From contig CDMY01000866.1 in NCBI GenBank assembly GCA_001179505.1, forward strand, positions 1 to 14,599: a stretch of 14,599 nucleotides of DNA, read 5' to 3'. This stretch comes from Vitrella brassicaformis CCMP3155. Taxonomy: Eukaryota > Protista > Chromerida. How positions within the stretch are numbered: position 1 is the first letter of the stretch; each line of letters begins with the position of its first letter. A program made the translations under genes and the position numbers. The notes beneath the pieces were generated by a model. The model worked only from the letters and a program-made list of their open reading frames with translations. It did not search any database and had not been told where the DNA came from. Shown here one piece after another: positions 9,313-14,599 of this stretch.

Positions 9313-9390
9313 CGCGAGGGGAAAGCAAATGCGAGGGAAAGGGGGAAAGTCTGGGAGCTTGAAGCCAATGCGAGCTTTTGTGCAAGACCG

Positions 9391-9855
9391 ATGTCGGGAA
9401 AGCGAAAACATAGTGACGCTGATGATGTTGACGTAAGCATGAACGGCGGATCTGAGAGTGCGAGTGCCAAAAGCGAGGCCAGACCGAAGAAACGTGGTCG
9501 TCCACCAAAGCCCAAGCCGGAGGAGCAGCCCAAGCCGGAGGCGGAGATGGAGGATGAGCCAAAGAAGGACACGAAGGCCATGAAGATCCTGAAGAACTTG
9601 ATGCAAGTCGAACAAGACCTCACCACGGCCGAGGAGACGAAGAGAGCACACGAAGAGGGGGTGCAGAAGTGCGACGAGGACATCAACAAGCTCATGCCGA
9701 AGAAGCAGAAACTGATGGACGACCTGATCAAAGCAAACAAGCAAAAAGACGTCCAGGAACTTTCTACCGCCGCTGGTGCTGCTGCTGCTGATGGCAATGG
9801 CGGACAGAAGGACGGGAAGAAGGAGGGTGAGGGGAATGGAGAGGAAGACAAGTGA
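9391..9855 (+). CDS. AT-hook + coiled-coil, probably nuclear DNA-binding protein (154 aa)
   Basis: MSGKRKHSD.. (NLS-like), AT-hook core KKRGRPPK, heptad-like helix (KILKNLMQVEQDLTTAEETKRAHEEGVQKCDEDINKL..), GC3-rich codons, TGA at 9853-9855. Confidence 0.75.
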   Translation: MSGKRKHSDADDVDVSMNGGSESASAKSEARPKKRGRPPKPKPEEQPKPEAEMEDEPKKDTKAMKILKNLMQVEQDLTTAEETKRAHEEGVQKCDEDINKLMPKKQKLMDDLIKANKQKDVQELSTAAGAAAADGNGGQKDGKKEGEGNGEEDK

Positions 9856-10384
9856 GGGCGGAGGTGGGGTGCGCGAAGGCGGGCAGGGATGCTGCATGTA
9901 TTTCGTCTGTGCGTGTTGACTCACGACCCACTTGTCTGTGACGTTCCGTCTGTATGTGTTGACCTCTGACCCGTTTGTGTCCCAACGATGTACACACGCA
10001 CGAGCACTCTCTCTGTCTCTCCGTGAATCGACCGACTTAGAACAGCGTGTGAAAGCAAAACTGGTGCCTGCCTGCATGCACGCACACATCCACACGGACA
10101 CGTAATATTGACAGACAAAACGGGCAATCGCATTCACACACAGATAAAAGGCACGATGCACGTGCAGTCACGAGCCGAAAAAGCTATGTGTGTGTGCGTA
10201 GATAAAGCTCATGAGTCGCAGGCACTGCAATATGCTACATTATGTGAGGCCTTTGGGAAAATGGCACTCACTCGCTTTCTCCTCCCTCACCCGACACACG
10301 CACTCGCTCCCACCCCACGGCACACGCACTCGATCCCTCCCTCACACGCACACGCATTCCCTCCCTCCCCAACTCGTGTGCAGC

Positions 10385-11650
10385 TCACTGGGTGAGGTCA
10401 ACAACGCTGCTGCTGCTGGCGGTGTTGGTGTTGGTGTTGGTGGGCGTGTTGTTCGGGTAGATGTGCGACAGCAACAAACGGGCACGGCAGAACGGACACT
10501 TGCGGTTGCGTGTCGACGAAAACACTGCACAATCCTCACACAGCTTGCTCTGGCAGCACGTGGGGGTGATGAACGCCGTCTGAGGCTTGGGATTAGTGCA
10601 GATGACACACTCGACCAACTCGGGCTGGTGGTTGGTGCCGTCCGTCAGCTGGTTGTTGGTGCCGTGGTTGGTGCCGTTCGTGAGGTAGTTGTTGGTGCCG
10701 TTCGTCAACATGGTGCCGGTGTCAGCGTCCTCCATCGCCACATTGTCTGATAAGCCACAAGCCATTGTGTGTGCGTGTGTGTGTGTGTGGTGTGTGCGTC
10801 CGTGTCGTCATACTCACCATCCAGTTCGTGTTCTCGAACTTCTTGCTCGTACGGGTTGATGTCACACACACGCTCCTCATAGTTGTTGCACCACTGCACG
10901 TACTGAAACTGAAACAGAACACATGCATGATAGATAAATGAATGCGAAAGTGCTGGTTGACTTACCGATTTGCCGGTGTTAAACGCACACTCGAAGCAGA
11001 CGTAGTTGTTCATCTGCCCGTACAGCGAGTGGATGCGTGTCAGATACTCCTTGGTGATGTCGTTCACACCACTCGGAACATAGAACTCAAACGCCTGAAC
11101 ACACACAAAGCACACAGATGAAACCACAGGTGTACGCATAAGCAGACGCTTTGTGTCCCACCGTGTGGTCTCGGTGCTGACTGCAAAACACCCCTCCACA
11201 CAGCTTGCACCAACGCACGTAGCCCGCTGGCACCTTCTCGTTGCACCCGTACGCCCCGCACGTGCGTGGCTTCTTCTTGCCCGTGAAGATGTCGATGTCT
11301 TGCTCGGGAGGAGCGTTGAATTGCCCCTGGATGGTCTCCAACGCCCGTGCGAGGTTGTTGCTCAACACCTCATTTTTGAACGTCTTGAAGTCGAGGGTCT
11401 TGGTGCGGTCGAGGTCACCCCGAAGCTCTTTGAGCGGGTTGAACGTCAGCGTGAGGTCGGGGCGGGTGGGCAGGCGGGCAGTCAGGCCAAAGGAAGCCCA
11501 ATCGTACCACGACTTGTGTGTGACGCGTGCGGCGGGTGCGGCGGCTGCGTCGACGGGTGCGTTGGCGATGGGCAACATGCTGGTGAGGCAGGATGAAAAG
11601 AGCGTTTCATGCGCGTCTAAAGCTCGCATAGCTCGCACCAAAGCTCGCAT
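10385..11650 (-). CDS. FYVE-like zinc finger + C-terminal RING finger protein (putative E3 ligase), 4 exons
   Basis: Exons 11650-11162, 11094-10966, 10908(or 10902)-10818, 10746-10385; GT-AG with compatible phases. The spliced product has CGAYGC..WCKLCGGVFCSQH..YVCFEC (FYVE-like spacing) and CVIC..TPTCCQSKLCEDC..KCPFCR (RING). The start could be a later ATG (MLPIANAP, 11578). Confidence 0.8.
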
Positions 11651-11887
11651 TGCCGCAGTTTTACGGAAGTTCCATAGAAATGTGCCCTAACTCACAAAGT
11701 CGATCCATTGACTCGATCCAAAAAAAATATATGTGGTGGTGGTGGTGGTTTCGTTTATGGGGACCTTGCCCCCCCCCTTCCCGAGTCTTTTGTGAGTCCG
11801 ATTCATGTACACTGGCCACACACGATCACACTCCAATCGACCGATCGCACGCCTCTGTGTCCTCAGCCTTTGCACGGTTTCACGGCG

Positions 11888-12000
11888 GCTACCCTACGCA
11901 TCCTAGTGCCACTCCTCGGCTGGTCCTCGCGGCGCGTCCAGTGAGATCCCTTTGCAGGCAGTCCAGTGAGATCCCTAGGGTAGCTAGTCTAGACTCTCTC
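11888..12000. repeat. Repeat/palindrome cluster at the host to AT-rich junction
   Basis: gtccagtgagatccct at 11936-11951 and 11961-11976; gctacccta (11888-11896) is inverted to tagggtagc (11976-11984); palindromes ccctaggg and agtctagact. Confidence 0.7.
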
Positions 12001-12023
12001 CCGAAACTTGCACCATATATATA

Positions 12024-12713
12024 TCAATTTTTTATTTTTGGAATACCCCAATGTCCTAAATCACAATAGACAAGGTTAATTTTATCCTCATTTTTCATAG
12101 CTCGGTTATTAAGAAAAATGATTTTATAATTATCTGTTGCTCTATCAAAATGTGAAGCAAATTCTGTTTTTCGAATTTGGCCTGACCACAACTCGTCATA
12201 CAGAATATTTACATTAGAAATTCCGACCATTTTTCCGATCAGAAGAAAATCGGCATTGGAGCGGATGGCTACATCGATTTTTCTGATGCTCTGAACGATG
12301 ACGACGACTGTGGTATTTAAATGTCTTAGTGTGGTTGTGAGCTTAAGAAATTGTGGATCTCTTGTATTGATGTTTGAACCAAGTATATTGTCGAAAAATA
12401 ATAATACTCTGTTACTTTTTTTCTTTTTCTGATAATCAAATAGTCGATTTAGTTGTTCAAAGGTAAAATCATCATATTGCGCTCTTTTTTTAACACCTAG
12501 TTTATCCCAAAATTTGGTATGTATGGTAGGTGATACAATTATTTCAGTATCGAAATTTCTTTTGTTTTTCAGAAATTTATACAACGCTCCAATTAATAAT
12601 GACTTGCCACCGCATATTTTTGCGACACATACGATGAGGCAGGGAGTATTTTTGCTGATTGTTTTAAATACATGCTCGCATTCAATTGCTTCATTATTTT
12701 CTAAATCTGACAT
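12024..12713 (-). CDS. A32-like (FtsK/HerA superfamily) viral DNA packaging ATPase, 229 aa
   Basis: Walker A variant AKICGGKS (A-x4-GKS), IIVSPT strand, Walker B VLLFFD, arginine-finger/sensor block LRHLNTTVVVIVQS, and IRSNADFLLI. Size and motif order are typical of poxvirus A32 / Polinton / virophage ATPases. Intact and intronless. Confidence 0.9.
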   Translation of the reverse strand: MSDLENNEAIECEHVFKTISKNTPCLIVCVAKICGGKSLLIGALYKFLKNKRNFDTEIIVSPTIHTKFWDKLGVKKRAQYDDFTFEQLNRLFDYQKKKKSNRVLLFFDNILGSNINTRDPQFLKLTTTLRHLNTTVVVIVQSIRKIDVAIRSNADFLLIGKMVGISNVNILYDELWSGQIRKTEFASHFDRATDNYKIIFLNNRAMKNEDKINLVYCDLGHWGIPKIKN

Positions 12714-12734
12714 AACATAATAGTATATATATAA
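12714..12734 (-). promoter_or_regulatory. TATATA-rich intergenic box upstream of the ATPase; similar boxes at 14335-14350 and 12015-12023
   Basis: Minus strand: TAA-ttatatatatactattatgtt-ATG; gcatacatatatagata-ATG; TGA-tatatat-ATG. Confidence 0.4.
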
Positions 12735-14334
12735 TTAAACCATTTCTTGCGTAACAAATTTCGGTCGTTCTTCTGGCGAACCGGAACTAAAACTCCATCT
12801 ACGCATTTGATCTGCATAAAAATGGGGAGGTGGTAAAGTCGGAGCCGTTGGATCAGGAAATACATTTAAAGCAGGAGCAGAAGGTGTAGGCATACGAGGA
12901 GAGCGTGGTTGTGAAGTATCTCTTCTATATGCTTGACTTTCAATATCATGCAGTCTCTCTAAATCTGCCTTTGCTTTGCGTTTTGCTTCTGTTTCTTTGT
13001 TTTGCTGCTGCGTATCTCAGATTAGCTTCCAGATTTCGTTGTCTTTCTTTCACTTCTCTATCCCATCTTTCTCGTCGTTCTTCGACGGTTTCTGTCGCTT
13101 GACGCAAGCCGATGTTTTGAATTTGAGATGGTTTTTCTTTTGTAGAAATTAGTCTTGCACCCGTAGCTTTGTCGATATTTTTTCGCTGTAATTCTTGGCG
13201 GACTGCTCGTTGAGCTAATGTGGTATGCACTTTGACAGCTCTCAGTCTTTCTTTCATTTCTTGTCTTGTTTCTGGCAATGGATATGCTGGTTTTTTTTTG
13301 GGGGGTCAATTGCCTTTTCATATCTGCTCTTTTCTTTCAATTCCGCTTTATCTCTCATCTGTCTAGCCAAATTCATCTCTTCATCTTCGGGCAAAGGTTC
13401 AGAGTACGCTTGTGGTGATGCTTGTGCGGCAGAAGATGGCGATGATTGTGATTGTGTTCGCTCAATAATATTTAATGGAATTGGCCTGCCTTCCGCATCT
13501 GTTGTTGGTAAAGGATATTCCATTCTTTGAGACCAGCGTGGTGTTACAACAGGAGCATTCGGCTTTACAATCTCCATGGGTCTTGGACTTTCAATATCTG
13601 GATAAACTCCTGCATCGCTTGCAGGTGATGGGATGATAGGCTGAGGAGGAGGAGCAGGTGGAGGAGGGACAGGTGCAGGTGCAGGTGCTTGATTTTCGGG
13701 TATGGTTGGCAAAGGAATGTTTTCATGAGGAGGTGGTGGTTTTGTTTCCAGTAAAGGCTCAGGTCTAGCACCTCTATCTGGCACTTTGTCTTCTCCTTTT
13801 TTAATGTAACTATCTTTCACATCGAAAAACATGAATTCATTCGCTTTCTTTTTGCTTTTTAATATTTTACTTAATATCTTTTCGAGTTTTGGATTTTCTT
13901 TGTTTGAATATACAATAGAATTCTTGTGTAATTTATTACTTTTGATGTTGTTCTCAAGATTGGGTATGTCATCATTATTATTAATTAATATTCCTTCCAC
14001 ATTGTCATATTCCTTGTTGTTCCAATTCAACTTATATCCTTCGGGGAGCGAAAAAATAATTTGATTGTTTTGCAGTTTGAGCGTCTGGCTATAAATATCG
14101 CCTTCATCGGTCAGGAATTTTGGAAGTTTTTTTTTTTTTTACCTTATCGTTTTGAGAAGCCAGCTTTTCATCTTTGACTTCCTGTGGTTCAATCTTTATT
14201 GAGTCATCCTTTTTTTTGTCCTTTTGTGTTTTTGCATAATTAACTAAAAATGCCAGCCCCTTTAAATATCGATTTTTCTGCGGATCATCGTATTTAGCAT
14301 AAATGTTACTGACGTCTCTTTTAAATTCATCCAT
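12735..14334 (-). pseudogene. Single ~530-aa viral ORF (Lys-rich N-terminus, Pro-rich middle, coiled-coil C-terminus) split by three frameshifts
   Basis: ORF 14334-14104 joins via A14 (14140-14127) to LPKFLTDEGDIYSQTLK..YKLNWNNKEY, which is the 14030-13254 ORF (its 'start' is TTG). That joins via C6A9 (13305-13291) to KKPAYPLPETRQEM, the 13278-12946 ORF (its 'start' is also TTG). That joins near 13000 to KETEAKRKAKADLERLH..ERPKFVTQEMV* (TAA 12737-12735), 21 nt before the ATPase ATG. Confidence 0.7.
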
Positions 14335-14367
14335 TATCTATATGTATGCAAGTAAATTATATTATGA

Positions 14368-14523
14368 CTACCTGCGTTGATTTAGCAAAGCTTGTCCAGT
14401 TTTCAATCCAGCATCATCGTACGATTGTCTTTGCGTTTGCAAAGCAAGAGATGTGAGTTTGTCCGGAAGAACGGGGAAACTGTCATTAACCGTAACACTC
14501 GTCTGTGTGTCCGTGATACTCAT
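14368..14523 (-). CDS. Small ORF (51 aa, MSITDTQTSVTVNDSFPVLPDKLT..LLNQRR*) or the 3' end of a longer disrupted viral gene
   Basis: Below the ORF-track cut-off. Same strand as the other viral ORFs and stops 33 nt before the next ATG, matching the tight packing. Confidence 0.4.
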   Translation of the reverse strand: MSITDTQTSVTVNDSFPVLPDKLTSLALQTQRQSYDDAGLKTGQALLNQRR

Positions 14524-14599
14524 ACAAATACAGTCCCATCAGCACGCAGACCCAAACAGGCTCAAGGGGAGGAGGGATCAATCCCCGCCCCATCAGCAC

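Larger units (their letters stand above)
12000..14599 (-). mobile_element. Endogenous viral element, Polinton-like virus / virophage / Maverick-type fragment (right end not defined in the window)
   Basis: Sharp shift to AT-rich, intron-free, tightly packed same-strand ORFs including an A32-like packaging ATPase, next to intron-rich GC-rich host genes. Confidence 0.75.

Noticed and set aside
9313-10161. N-terminal ~280 aa of the 432-aa minus ORF 8863-10161
   Set aside because: It is the antisense of the AT-hook gene plus low-complexity flank; the protein-like part starts at Met 9312.
12000-14400. AT-rich block as a bacterial or organellar insert
   Set aside because: No Shine-Dalgarno-like motifs before starts and no housekeeping or organellar genes; the only recognisable protein is an A32-type viral ATPase. 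A chimeric join cannot be excluded without reads.
14453-14533. GTGAGT..TACAG intron-like stretch on the plus strand suggesting a return to host DNA
   Set aside because: No consistent flanking plus-strand exons are visible, and the minus strand has an ORF packed like the viral genes. The right boundary is left undetermined.

Overview
Eukaryotic genomic DNA in two compartments. Bases 1 to ~11,950 are GC-rich (37/60 G+C by hand count at 4921-4980). Genes there have many short (~45-85 nt) GT-AG introns and (CA)n/(GACA)n tracts; this style suggests a chromerid such as Vitrella, which is inference only. This part holds a 10-exon secreted protein with an internal duplication, a disabled Crinkler/RHS-type NTPase + restriction-endonuclease-fold gene with a signal/transit-like leader and an orphan paralogous 3' fragment, a Methyltransf_22-like gene, two copies of a ~300-bp hairpin + microsatellite repeat, a possible stand-alone OB-fold gene head-to-head with an AT-hook/coiled-coil gene, and a FYVE-like + RING gene. 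From ~12,000 to ~14,400 the sequence is abruptly AT-rich (17/60 G+C at 12061-12120), intronless and coded only on the minus strand. It carries an intact A32/FtsK-HerA-type viral packaging ATPase. It also has four apparent ORF pieces that join into one ~530-aa gene through three frameshifts in A-rich runs, and TATATA boxes before gene starts. The best reading is an endogenous Polinton-like virus/virophage-type fragment. No capsid, integrase, polymerase or terminal repeat is recognisable inside the window.
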